Below are positions 54,015-63,299 of a stretch of DNA of 64,000 nucleotides, piece by piece. Position 1 is the stretch's first letter. Each line of letters starts with the position of its first letter. The notes beneath the pieces are model-generated. The model was not told the DNA's origin, did not search any database, and saw only the letters and a program-made list of their open reading frames with translations. The DNA comes from Candidatus Babeliales bacterium (GTDB lineage Bacteria > Babelota > Babeliae > Babelales > JBFXEV01). The stretch spans positions 677,940-741,939 of the forward strand of contig JBFXEV010000001.1 in NCBI GenBank assembly GCA_050179755.1, given 5' to 3'. The position numbers were made by a program, and so were the translations under genes.

Positions 54015-54434
54015 ATGAAGCTACAGAGAATAACGTCTTGTTTTTTTTTATTAATCTTAGTGCTTTATGCACGCGATCAGTATGCTCAAACCAGTACTGT
54101 TAATACCATTATTATTAATAATGAGTCTGGTATGGATATTACCGTGTTACTTAATTATGAAGATAATACGTCGGTTACCCAATTTGTGATGAAGGGCGAA
54201 AAGAAAACATTTTATGCCCAAGATCAGTGCCTTTATGGCATTTCACTCTATAGTGAGCGTTGGCGTAATGTTACCGATATAGATTTTGACGATAAGCTTA
54301 TTATTCCGGTAACATGGAACAGGTGCCAGGGTTGGATCTTTACAATAAAAAAACGCAGCGATGGCACCGTGCACATAGCACGTAAGCAAAGTGTTCGCGC
54401 GCAAAGAGAACAACAGACTAAGGCCGGCACTTAA
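54015..54434 (+). CDS. Family B small secreted two-Cys protein (B6)
   Basis: GAGGA precedes ATG 54015 (MKLQRITSCFFLLILVLYA). IIINNESGMDITVLL; DQCLYGISLYS...WNRCQGWIFTI. Confidence 0.65.
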   Translation: MKLQRITSCFFLLILVLYARDQYAQTSTVNTIIINNESGMDITVLLNYEDNTSVTQFVMKGEKKTFYAQDQCLYGISLYSERWRNVTDIDFDDKLIIPVTWNRCQGWIFTIKKRSDGTVHIARKQSVRAQREQQTKAGT

Positions 54435-55452
54435 TATACCATCCTTGAGCAATAATATCCTGCACTTTTTCAAATTCGTGTTTAAATGCATGATCACATT
54501 CAGTCAGTCGTTTGAGCGTAGTGCCTTGCAATACTAACGGATTAATGCCCCTAAACTTGCCAATCATGTGAATATCGTAATCGTCTTTGGTGCTTAAACA
54601 AATGATATCCATAAAGTTTTTTAACTTATGCATATGCCCCTTTATTTCAGGGTCATTGCAGCTGGTGAGCTTCTGCCAGACTACGTCATCAATAGAAAAA
54701 TGTATGTCATGTTTATTAATGAGATCTATTGCGCATGCGCGATGCAGTGCTTGCGCTGCCCATTTATAGGTAATAAGGCCAGATGCTGACGCAAATTCAT
54801 TTTTGGTTAATGATAAAGCGCAATCTGCAAAAAGGCGTGCTGCATGTACGTCATCAAAATACCATTGATCATTTTTAGTTTTAAGATGAGATAATAGATA
54901 GGTAATATCTTCTTTTGTTATAATATTTTTTAATTGACCACCAAAAAGCACATATTCAAGCCGATCAGCACAAATTTCGGGAATATCTTGTTCAAGAAGT
55001 TTAAATTCCCCACTTTTATGAATAATATCTGCAATTTCATAGCCATATTTATGGAGCAGAGCTTTTAGTTCCGTTTGCTCAATAAACCAATGGTGAATGC
55101 TATCTTGATATGAATCGTTGTGTGACGCAGTGTATAAAAAGTCACCCACATGCGAGAACACGGTATGTGAAACATCATGGAGTAGCCCTGCAATTTGTTC
55201 TTCAAGGGGAGCGCCATACAATCGAAGTAGTACCATAACTCCCACTGAATGTGTGTAGCGTGAATATGGTGGTAAATTTTTTATAAATGGCGTAATGCCA
55301 TATTGATTAATATGCTCAAGGCGCTTCATTGAAGGTGAATGTAATAACTCAATGAGAACTGGTTCGGTAATGGTTACGGTGCCATAGAGTGTTGTGACTG
55401 TACTAGCGTTTGGAAGCTTGTTTTGTAAGCTTTGGGGTTTAATTGTAATCAT
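54418..55452 (-). CDS. HD-domain metal-dependent phosphohydrolase
   Basis: RYTHSVGVMVLL...AGLLHDVSHTVFSH. AGGAGG precedes ATG 55452; the track start 55488 lacks a Shine-Dalgarno sequence. Confidence 0.75.
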   Translation of the reverse strand: MITIKPQSLQNKLPNASTVTTLYGTVTITEPVLIELLHSPSMKRLEHINQYGITPFIKNLPPYSRYTHSVGVMVLLRLYGAPLEEQIAGLLHDVSHTVFSHVGDFLYTASHNDSYQDSIHHWFIEQTELKALLHKYGYEIADIIHKSGEFKLLEQDIPEICADRLEYVLFGGQLKNIITKEDITYLLSHLKTKNDQWYFDDVHAARLFADCALSLTKNEFASASGLITYKWAAQALHRACAIDLINKHDIHFSIDDVVWQKLTSCNDPEIKGHMHKLKNFMDIICLSTKDDYDIHMIGKFRGINPLVLQGTTLKRLTECDHAFKHEFEKVQDIIAQGWYIKCRP

Positions 55453-55637
55453 ATCCCCTCCTGGTGTTATTGATATCTTCTTTTTCATTTTTAGTGTAGT
55501 TGATTTGCTATGTTTTAAGGAATAGTTTGCAGCGCATCATTGTTTTGTTAATGCAATTAGTTTAAATGTTGACTTTATTTTATAATTTTAATTACAATTA
55601 TAATGAGTAGATGTTTTGTGTTTAAAAAGGAACGATT

Positions 55638-56006
55638 ATGAAGAATATTTTTTTTGCCATGCTTTCTGTGCTTTTAACTAGTTTTAGTTTAAACCTTATG
55701 GCAGCGGCAGTTGATTTTCATTTTGAAAACAATACGGACGAAGCAGTAACATTAGGAGCGGTTTTTAGTGGTAAACAAGGCCCAAAAAGTCGCACCATAA
55801 TGCTTGCTGCGCATGAATCAAAAAAAGAAGTTTTTGAAGGCTGTTTGCAAGAAGTGCGTACCGAGCCTAACGCAGATTTGGCGATCAAGGGCATGGAGCA
55901 ACAAACGATATGGAAGCCAAGTAAAAAATATGGTTGCAAATCAATGACCACGAGCGTGCATCAAGCAACTAATGGTGCGCTTGAGCTTGTTTTTGTGTAT
56001 CAATAA
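55638..56006 (+). CDS. Family B small secreted two-Cys protein (B5)
   Basis: AAGGAA precedes the ATG. Leader MKNIFFAMLSVLLTSFSLNLMAA. FHFENNTDEAVTLGA; GCLQEVRTEP...YGCKSMTTSV. Confidence 0.65.
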   Translation: MKNIFFAMLSVLLTSFSLNLMAAAVDFHFENNTDEAVTLGAVFSGKQGPKSRTIMLAAHESKKEVFEGCLQEVRTEPNADLAIKGMEQQTIWKPSKKYGCKSMTTSVHQATNGALELVFVYQ

Positions 56007-56092
56007 AAGCATACGATTCTCAATTACTTAAGCGTATTGCATAGACACTTTGTGTGTATGTGATACGCTTTTTTTATATTCAAGGAGATTTT

Positions 56093-56755
56093 ATGAAATT
56101 ATTTATTGATACCTCAAACTTACATGACATCAAACGCTGGTATGATATGGGCATTCTCGATGGCGTTACAACAAATCCCACTAATTTATCAAAAGAAGGT
56201 GGGGACCCCAAAAAGCATATACAAGAAATGTGCGCGCTCATGAAAGATCACGATATAAGCGTTGAGGTAACTGAAGCAGACCCACAACTTGTCTATAAAC
56301 AAGCTAAAGCCATTGCAGCACTTGCCAAAAATGTGGTAGTAAAAATTCCTTGCCATCGCGATTATTATGCGGTAATTAATAAGTTGGTACAAGAAGGCGT
56401 TGCTCTTAATATCACCCTTGTTTTTACCGTGCTTCAGGGTATGCTCATGGCCAAAATGGGCGTGCGTTATATTTCACCTTTTGTTGGCAGATGGGATGAT
56501 ATTGATGTTGACGGTAATGAGCTTATACATGAAATGCGTTCTATGATAGATGACTATTGTTATCAAGATACTGCTATTTTGGCAGCTTCGTTGCGTACGG
56601 TGCGCGATGTGCATAATGCCGTTATTAATGGGGCTGACGTTGCAACGCTACCTTCATCGTTACTAGAAAAAATAACTGATCATCCATTAACCAATCGTGG
56701 TATAGAATTGTTTACTGAAGATTGGAAAAAATTAGGGATCAAACAGTTTCCTTAA
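56093..56755 (+). CDS. tal: Transaldolase / fructose-6-phosphate aldolase (short TalC/Fsa type)
   Basis: AAGGAG at 56082-56087 precedes ATG 56093; the track start is GTG. MKLFIDTSNLHDIKRWYDMGILDGVTTNPT; Schiff-base Lys context VVKIP. Confidence 0.88.
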   Translation: MKLFIDTSNLHDIKRWYDMGILDGVTTNPTNLSKEGGDPKKHIQEMCALMKDHDISVEVTEADPQLVYKQAKAIAALAKNVVVKIPCHRDYYAVINKLVQEGVALNITLVFTVLQGMLMAKMGVRYISPFVGRWDDIDVDGNELIHEMRSMIDDYCYQDTAILAASLRTVRDVHNAVINGADVATLPSSLLEKITDHPLTNRGIELFTEDWKKLGIKQFP

Positions 56756-57160
56756 TTAAATTTCTATACCTTCAAGAATATCGCGCATCATCTCATAAAG
56801 AGAAGTAAATGTTTCTAGCGTATCATGAGCATCTTCTTCCGATTCTTTTATATTTTTTTCGGTTATGTTTTCAAGATGTGCAGAAAGATATTTAAATTCT
56901 TTACCGGTAATGATTTTTTCTTTTTGAGCTGTATGAAGAATATCGTCAGAGGTAGGCGACTCTAAAGGAATTGCGCATATATTTTCAATGTAATCGGCTA
57001 AGAAGTTCAAAAAAAGATCGCGTGACTCTATATATGATTCTAGGAGCAAATCAAATGTTTCAGCTGAAATTTCATCGCTATCAATAGTATCAAGAATGTC
57101 TTGCATATCGGATAGCGCATGTAGCGCATCTTGATAAGTTGTGAGCATCTCTTCCATCAA
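56756..57160 (-). CDS. Acidic helical hypothetical protein
   Basis: 134-codon ORF, Asp/Glu-rich. No recognisable motif. Confidence 0.45.
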   Translation of the reverse strand: MMEEMLTTYQDALHALSDMQDILDTIDSDEISAETFDLLLESYIESRDLFLNFLADYIENICAIPLESPTSDDILHTAQKEKIITGKEFKYLSAHLENITEKNIKESEEDAHDTLETFTSLYEMMRDILEGIEI

Positions 57161-57602
57161 ATATCCTTGCTAAGGTAATTCTGTTTATTCCATTTTTGCA
57201 GCATTTGGCCACAAAGAGAACTTACTTATGCAAAAAAAGTATAGACGAAGTTGCTTTATTTGTCAGTAGTTTTTGATTCGAAATTTGTACCAAAATACTC
57301 TATAAGCGCCGCTGCTTGGGAAAGTTAAGTTATCTTCGTGGTTTGCCAGAGATTGACAGCTACTGACAGTATGCGCTTGTGTTTGAGATGTTTTATTATA
57401 TTTTTGCCATATAAGATTATTAATCGCGGTAAGTGCATTAAGATATCAATTCGCTTAGTTTGTTCCAATGTGTAATTTAAAGAAGGAGTAAAAGAAAGAA
57501 TCACAGTAACGAGTAATCGTATGAGCATAATATTCTTTCTTTTAAGGCTATACTAATATAAGGTATGAAGATTGTGATATTTGACGAGAGTGTAATGTTA
57601 GT

Positions 57603-58772
57603 ATGACGGAAAATAAAAATTTATCAATTGTATTTATTACCAATAATTGGATTCCTTTTAGTGCGGGAGTTGTAAGTTCCATTACAGCGTTTAGGCAAGA
57701 ACTTATGCGCCAGGGGCATCACGTGACGGTGGTAACTCTGGATTTTAAACGCTCTTTGCATGAGCCTGAAGATGGCGTGATTCGTGTGTATTGCCCTATT
57801 AAATTTTCATATAAAGGTATACCCCTTGCGGTGCCTTTGCGCGCCGATAAGCAAGTTCGCGATATTATTAATAAGTTACAACCGGATATTATTCATTCTC
57901 ATCATCCATTTTTATTAGGAATTTCAGCATTAAAGGCTGCAAAAACGGAGAAAATACCTTGTATTTTTACCTATCATAGCTTATATGAAAAATATACGCA
58001 TTATATTCCCATGCCGCAGCAATTATTAAAAAAGCTTGTGCGTTTTCGCGTAAAAAAATATTGCAAGCAAGTAGATGGCATTATGTTACCAGGTAAAGAA
58101 ACCAAACGACTGCTTATTCGCGATGATATTACAACACCGCATATAGTATTGCCAAGTCCCTTGCAAGAAGTCTATATGCGCAAGCGTGTGCAAAGTGTGC
58201 AACGTATACATAGGGCAGCAACACAACCGTTTCGCCTAATGACTTGTAGCAGATTTGTAAAAGAGAAAAATATTCCTTTTTTGCTTGAATGTTTTGCGCG
58301 CCTTGATCAAACCAAGTTCAGCTTTACGCTTGCGGGCTTTGGCAATGAACTAGAAGCATTGCAAACCTGTGCATACCAGACATTCAAGCTATCACCAACT
58401 ACGGTTAAATTTGCCATTAAACTGCCTTTGGAAGATCTGTGTGCTTTGTATGCAGCACACGATCTTTTTATTTTCTCGTCACTTGCAGAAACACAAGGGT
58501 TAGTTTTGGCAGAAGCAATGGTTAATGGGTTACCGGTGGTGGCCCTTAATGGTCCGGGGCAAGAAGACATTATAATACATGGTGAAAATGGCTTTTTGGT
58601 ACATAATCAAAAAGAAATGCAACAGGCTATTGAACACCTAGCAGGCGACGGTGATCTGCATTATCGTCTGCGGTGTAATGCGCTTGAAACTGCAAAGCGG
58701 TATACGCCTGGATTTTTAACGGAGCAATTGGTTGATTTTTATCGGCGTTTTTTGCCCGCGAGCAGTGAGTAA
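57603..58772 (+). CDS. GT4-family (group 1) glycosyltransferase
   Basis: ETQGLVLAEAMVNGLPVVALNGPGQEDII is the E-x7-E type GT-B C-terminal motif. 389 aa. Confidence 0.8.
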   Translation: MTENKNLSIVFITNNWIPFSAGVVSSITAFRQELMRQGHHVTVVTLDFKRSLHEPEDGVIRVYCPIKFSYKGIPLAVPLRADKQVRDIINKLQPDIIHSHHPFLLGISALKAAKTEKIPCIFTYHSLYEKYTHYIPMPQQLLKKLVRFRVKKYCKQVDGIMLPGKETKRLLIRDDITTPHIVLPSPLQEVYMRKRVQSVQRIHRAATQPFRLMTCSRFVKEKNIPFLLECFARLDQTKFSFTLAGFGNELEALQTCAYQTFKLSPTTVKFAIKLPLEDLCALYAAHDLFIFSSLAETQGLVLAEAMVNGLPVVALNGPGQEDIIIHGENGFLVHNQKEMQQAIEHLAGDGDLHYRLRCNALETAKRYTPGFLTEQLVDFYRRFLPASSE

Positions 58773-58837
58773 CCTAACTCGCGGTGCCAGCGCAGGCCTT
58801 TGCCAAAACGCCCATTTAATGCTATTATTGGTATGAT

Positions 58838-60817
58838 ATGAAAAAACTATTTAAGCTTCATGCTCCTTTTGAACCTGCAGGTAGTCAGCCTGAGGCTATT
58901 AAGAAGCTGGTGAAGTCTCGCCCTGGGATCTCTACCCTTATTGGGGTAACAGGTTCTGGCAAGACGTTTACTATGGCTAACGTGATAGCATCGCAGGGTA
59001 AGCCCGTTCTCATCTTATCTCCCAACAAAACCCTGGCAGCTCAGTTGTATGAAGAATTCTCACAATTTTTTCCTGAAAATAAGGTGTGCTATTTTGTCAG
59101 CTATTATGACTATTATCAGCCAGAATCTTATTTGCCCGCTCAAGACGTCTATGTAGCCAAAGAGACTAAGGTTAACAGTGAGATCGAGCGTTTACGCGTA
59201 GAAGCTACTGCGTCACTCATTAATAGAGAAGATACTATTGTGATCGCATCGGTTTCTGCCATCTATTCTTTGGGTAATCCAGGCGATTATCGCGATTTAG
59301 GGTTTGCCCTTAAAGTAGGTCAAAAAATTAAGCGCCGCGATCTTGTTGATCAACTTATTTATATTCAGTATCAGCGCAATGATGTGCAAAAAGCACCTGG
59401 CATGTTTTCAGTGGTAGGAAACACGCTTGAAGTGCGTTTGCCCTATCAAGACGCAGTGCTTCGTATTGAGCTATTTGGTGATGTTATTGAATCGCTTCAA
59501 TGGGTTGATAAAATGAATAACATCGTGCAAATGGCCCTTGATAATACTATTATTTTCCCGGCAAAACACTTTGTTACCACACCCGCAAAAAAAGAAATGG
59601 CAATGCGCAGCATTGAGCGTGAACTTGAAGAGCAATTACCGCAGATTCAAAATGTGGTAGTGCGCGAGCGTTTGAAACAACGCGTGAATCACGATCTTGA
59701 AATGCTTGCTGAGGTTGGTTATTGCTCTGGCATTGAAAATTATTCTGCTCATTTTGAGGGTAGACCATCGGGAGAGCCTCCGTATTGTTTATTTGATTTC
59801 TTCCCCAAAGATTTTTTACTTATTATTGATGAATCGCATATGGCATTACCGCAATTGCGTGGTATGCATGCAGGTGACAGGTCTCGCAAAACTTCTTTAA
59901 TTGAACATGGTTTTAGATTACCATCAGCGTATGATAACCGTCCGCTTAAATTTGAAGAAATTGAACGCTATTTTAAAGACGTTTTGTTTGTTTCTGCAAC
60001 GCCCGGTGATTATGAGCTTGCGCATTCAGATGCCGTGGTGGAACAATTAATTAGACCAACTGGTTTGGTGGATCCTATTGTTGAAGTGCATAAGCGTGAA
60101 GGCCAGATTGATCATTTGATTAACCAAATTAAAGAAACGAGAGATAAAGGATTCCGTTCACTTGTTATGGTTATGACTAAGCAATCTGCCGAGCAAATGG
60201 CAAACTATTTAGAAGAACGACAACTAAAAGTATGTTATCTGCACTCTGAACTTAAAACGCCAAAACGCACCGAGCTTTTGCAAAAATTACGTTTAGGCGT
60301 ATTTGATGTTTTGGTTGGTGTGAACTTGCTGCGTGAAGGGATTGATTTACCCGAAGTTGCCTTAGTTGCCATAATGGATGCCGATATTGAAAGTTTCATG
60401 CGTGATAAACGTTCACTCATTCAGATTATGGGCCGTGCAGCACGTAACACTGAATCAAAAGTTATTTTGTATGCAGATAAAGTAACGCAATCAATGCGCC
60501 TTGCAATGCAAGAATCTTCGCGTCGGCGCGAATTGCAACAAGCATATAATGAAGAACATAATATTACGCCACAATCTGTGCAACGAGAAGTCACTAAAAC
60601 TATTACTGACTTGCAAGCTGCCATTGAAGCGGCATCGAAATCAAATAAAAGCAAAAAAGCTCGTGAAGCAAATATGTCTGATACAGACTTGCATAAACGT
60701 CTTGTTGAAATTGAAGTTGAAATGCGAACCGCTGCTGAAAATCTTGATTTTGAAAAAGCAATTGCATTGCGTGAAGAATGGCGCAGACTGCACTCGCTAT
60801 CGTCTAAAAAAGACTAA
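58838..60817 (+). CDS. uvrB: Excinuclease ABC subunit B
   Basis: GVTGSGKTFTMA, DESH box (IIDESHMALPQ), YADKVTQSM, C-terminal UVR domain (LDFEKAIALREEW). Confidence 0.95.
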   Translation: MKKLFKLHAPFEPAGSQPEAIKKLVKSRPGISTLIGVTGSGKTFTMANVIASQGKPVLILSPNKTLAAQLYEEFSQFFPENKVCYFVSYYDYYQPESYLPAQDVYVAKETKVNSEIERLRVEATASLINREDTIVIASVSAIYSLGNPGDYRDLGFALKVGQKIKRRDLVDQLIYIQYQRNDVQKAPGMFSVVGNTLEVRLPYQDAVLRIELFGDVIESLQWVDKMNNIVQMALDNTIIFPAKHFVTTPAKKEMAMRSIERELEEQLPQIQNVVVRERLKQRVNHDLEMLAEVGYCSGIENYSAHFEGRPSGEPPYCLFDFFPKDFLLIIDESHMALPQLRGMHAGDRSRKTSLIEHGFRLPSAYDNRPLKFEEIERYFKDVLFVSATPGDYELAHSDAVVEQLIRPTGLVDPIVEVHKREGQIDHLINQIKETRDKGFRSLVMVMTKQSAEQMANYLEERQLKVCYLHSELKTPKRTELLQKLRLGVFDVLVGVNLLREGIDLPEVALVAIMDADIESFMRDKRSLIQIMGRAARNTESKVILYADKVTQSMRLAMQESSRRRELQQAYNEEHNITPQSVQREVTKTITDLQAAIEAASKSNKSKKAREANMSDTDLHKRLVEIEVEMRTAAENLDFEKAIALREEWRRLHSLSSKKD

Positions 60818-60857
60818 AGTTTAGTAGCCACGCCATAGCTTTTAGCGACGGCGGGCA

Positions 60858-60896
60858 GAAAAAATGATGCCCCTCTTTCAAGGGGCATATTTTTTT
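60858..60896. terminator. Bidirectional rho-independent terminator between uvrB and the ABC permease gene
   Basis: 8-bp stem atgcccct/aggggcat (60867-60888), flanked by A7 and T7. Confidence 0.8.
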
Positions 60897-61680
60897 ATAT
60901 ATAATCTAATCGTGTTTTAAGTCTCTTTAATCCATGCCATGTACACAGTATGGTAAACAATGCAATCATTACACAGCAGAACCAAAAGTTAAGTGATCCT
61001 TCTTGCCCAAGTACTGATGCACGCATGCCTTCCATAACATAGAGCATAGGATTTGCCAAGCTTACGTATGCCATAATGGGGCTTACTTGATGCAACACTT
61101 CATATGAATATTGGAATCCACCAAGAAACCATATGGGGTATACAAAACGCATCCAAATACTGCCAATTTGTTCCATGCCTGAAATGCGCGTGGTGATCCA
61201 CAATGCAAATGCTGCGGAAAAAATGTTTGAAAGCAAAAACACAATACAAAATTTAAATAAGCTAAATTCAGCAAGGCTAAATTCATTCCATACCAGCAAC
61301 TTGCTAATAGGTAAAATCAATATGCTAATCACCGTTGTGTTAATGGTCATATAGACCAATTTTTCTATCCACACTAACCATGATGGCATGGGTAGCGTTA
61401 GATAAAACGATGTTATATTAAGTCCAGTAAAGTCACTTATAAAATTAGTAGCACTTGAATAAACTTCAAAAAGTCCTGCACTGCCAATTAAACTCGCGAT
61501 TAAAAAACCACTATAATCTTGTGACAGTCCAAATGCGGGCATAAGGTACGTGTTCACCAGCACCATAGTGATAATCCAGATAAAAAGATCTATCAATTTA
61601 TCTTTGATTGTTTGTTTGAGTAGTAATAAGTCTGTTGCAAGCAAACTTTTGAAAATTGGTACATAAGATAATAATTGCAT
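60895..61680 (-). CDS. ABC-2-type transporter permease
   Basis: Six hydrophobic spans, 261 aa. Lies 8 nt downstream of the ATPase gene. Confidence 0.75.
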   Translation of the reverse strand: MQLLSYVPIFKSLLATDLLLLKQTIKDKLIDLFIWIITMVLVNTYLMPAFGLSQDYSGFLIASLIGSAGLFEVYSSATNFISDFTGLNITSFYLTLPMPSWLVWIEKLVYMTINTTVISILILPISKLLVWNEFSLAEFSLFKFCIVFLLSNIFSAAFALWITTRISGMEQIGSIWMRFVYPIWFLGGFQYSYEVLHQVSPIMAYVSLANPMLYVMEGMRASVLGQEGSLNFWFCCVMIALFTILCTWHGLKRLKTRLDYI

Positions 61681-61688
61681 TGTGTTCC

Positions 61689-62426
61689 TTATTCTTTTGG
61701 TTCTTGTGTAAGTTCCAAGAATACATCTTCAAGACGCCCCATTTGGAACGTTTTCATTAAATTAGCTGGCGTATCAATCAATTTAATTTCACCACTTGCC
61801 AAGAGCACTACTCGATCAGAAAGTTTTTCAGCTTCTTCCAAATAATGTGTAGTGAGCAATATACACACACCTTGTGATTTGATTTGCTCAATGTAATACC
61901 AGAGTTGATTTCTAATTGCAGGATCAAGTGCCACTGTTGGTTCATCAAGTACAATCAATTTTGGTGAATGCATTAATGTTCGTGCAATCATATAGCGTTG
62001 CTTCCAACCACCAGAAAGTTCATCTGGCTTTGCATGCAAATATTGATTAATACCCAAATAGTTATTAAGCTCGGCAAGCCGTTGTGCAATTGCCTCATCA
62101 CTCATGCCATAATATTTACCTGCAAACTCTAAATTTTGTTTGATGGTAAGCATAGGGTTAAGATTAGGCTTTTGCGGGCAATAGCCAATGAGCTTGCGGT
62201 ATTCAGGGATATCTTTATATATTGAAACATCATTATAGAGAATATCGCCTTTTGAGGCAGGGTGGAGCGTTGCAATGATGGTTGATAACGTTGTTTTACC
62301 CGCACCATTAACGCCTAAAAGCCCTACTACTTCACCGGGGTATAAATCGAATGATACGCCTTTGAGCGCACGTGTTTGACCATACTGTTTTTCAACAGAT
62401 CGTATGGATAATAATGGTTTAGTCAT
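61689..62426 (-). CDS. ABC transporter ATP-binding protein
   Basis: Walker A GVNGAGKTT, signature LSGGWKQR, Walker B LIVLDEPT. ATG 62426 is preferred over the TTG at 62450. Confidence 0.88.
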   Translation of the reverse strand: MTKPLLSIRSVEKQYGQTRALKGVSFDLYPGEVVGLLGVNGAGKTTLSTIIATLHPASKGDILYNDVSIYKDIPEYRKLIGYCPQKPNLNPMLTIKQNLEFAGKYYGMSDEAIAQRLAELNNYLGINQYLHAKPDELSGGWKQRYMIARTLMHSPKLIVLDEPTVALDPAIRNQLWYYIEQIKSQGVCILLTTHYLEEAEKLSDRVVLLASGEIKLIDTPANLMKTFQMGRLEDVFLELTQEPKE

Positions 62427-62768
62427 GTGGTTGACCTTGGTTATAATCAACTTTTAAAAAGTTGACGATCGTGTATAAGCTAATTTGCTACAGCTTTAAG
62501 CAAGCGCAGAAAAATAACTTTATTAAACTTTAATAAAGGGAATATCATTGCCTTAGCGGCAATTTTTAAGACATCTTAAGTTATTGGAACTTAAGAGATT
62601 ATGCGGGTGGTGGTTTTCATTGGCGGCGTACTCCTATAGTATTAGCCATGTTAGTTTCTATTATTAATATATTTTATTGTTTGAGAACAGTCAAGGGTAT
62701 TTTGATTGCAAAGTGAAAAGTTCCGGTTTTTATAATGATTCTAGATTGTTTGCAGAGGCTTTGGTTAC

Positions 62769-62866
62769 GTAGAAGTTCCACTGGAGTTTTACCTGTATTA
62801 TCACTGGTGCCGCTGCGCGCGGCGGCGTACGCCTTTTTTGTGCAAATAAGGGTACAAAAAGCACTT
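62769..62866 (-). repeat. Truncated, diverged, inverted copy (3' half) of the structured repeat element
   Basis: The reverse complement gtgctttttgtacccttatttgcacaaaaaaggcgtacgccgccgcgcgcagcggcacc...ggaacttctac aligns to the 3' half of copies A and B. Confidence 0.7.
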
Positions 62867-63014
62867 AAGGGCATGCTATCCCTTAAGAATCCCCATACCT
62901 TATCAAGTAGATTATTAAATCAACTGGGTTAAATCTCGCCGTCCATATTTTTTGGTTTCTATGCATACTATTGTGTGGGTGGATGGATATTCACTGGCTC
63001 ATAATGAAAATTTT

Positions 63015-63223
63015 AGTAGTGGTTCCTCTGCGCGCTGCGTGCATACCTCGTCGTGAAACGACGTGAGGTATAGCGCTCAGCGATTGAGCGGAATGGTCCA
63101 GCAGAATGCTGGTGCTTTTTTGCGTCCTTTTTTTGCACAAAAAAAGGCATGCGCAGCCGCGCGTAGCGGCACCGGCAATAATGCTTACAAGTAATCAGCG
63201 GAACTTCTACATTTTATTTTAGA
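63015..63223 (+). repeat. Structured roughly 200-nt repeat element, copy B
   Basis: Aligns end to end with 22226-22422. Differences include two compensatory base-pair swaps. Confidence 0.85.
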
Positions 63224-63299
63224 AACTTGCGCTATTGTCTTCTTTGGTATAAGGCAAGTATATTAATAATGATAAGTTGATTTTCAAAGAGGTAGCAAA

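Noticed and set aside
22226-63223. A 40-kb genomic island bounded by the direct repeats of the structured element.
   Set aside because: The interval contains core genes (leuS, uvrB, galU, lnt, dps), so the repeats are more likely dispersed copies than island boundaries.
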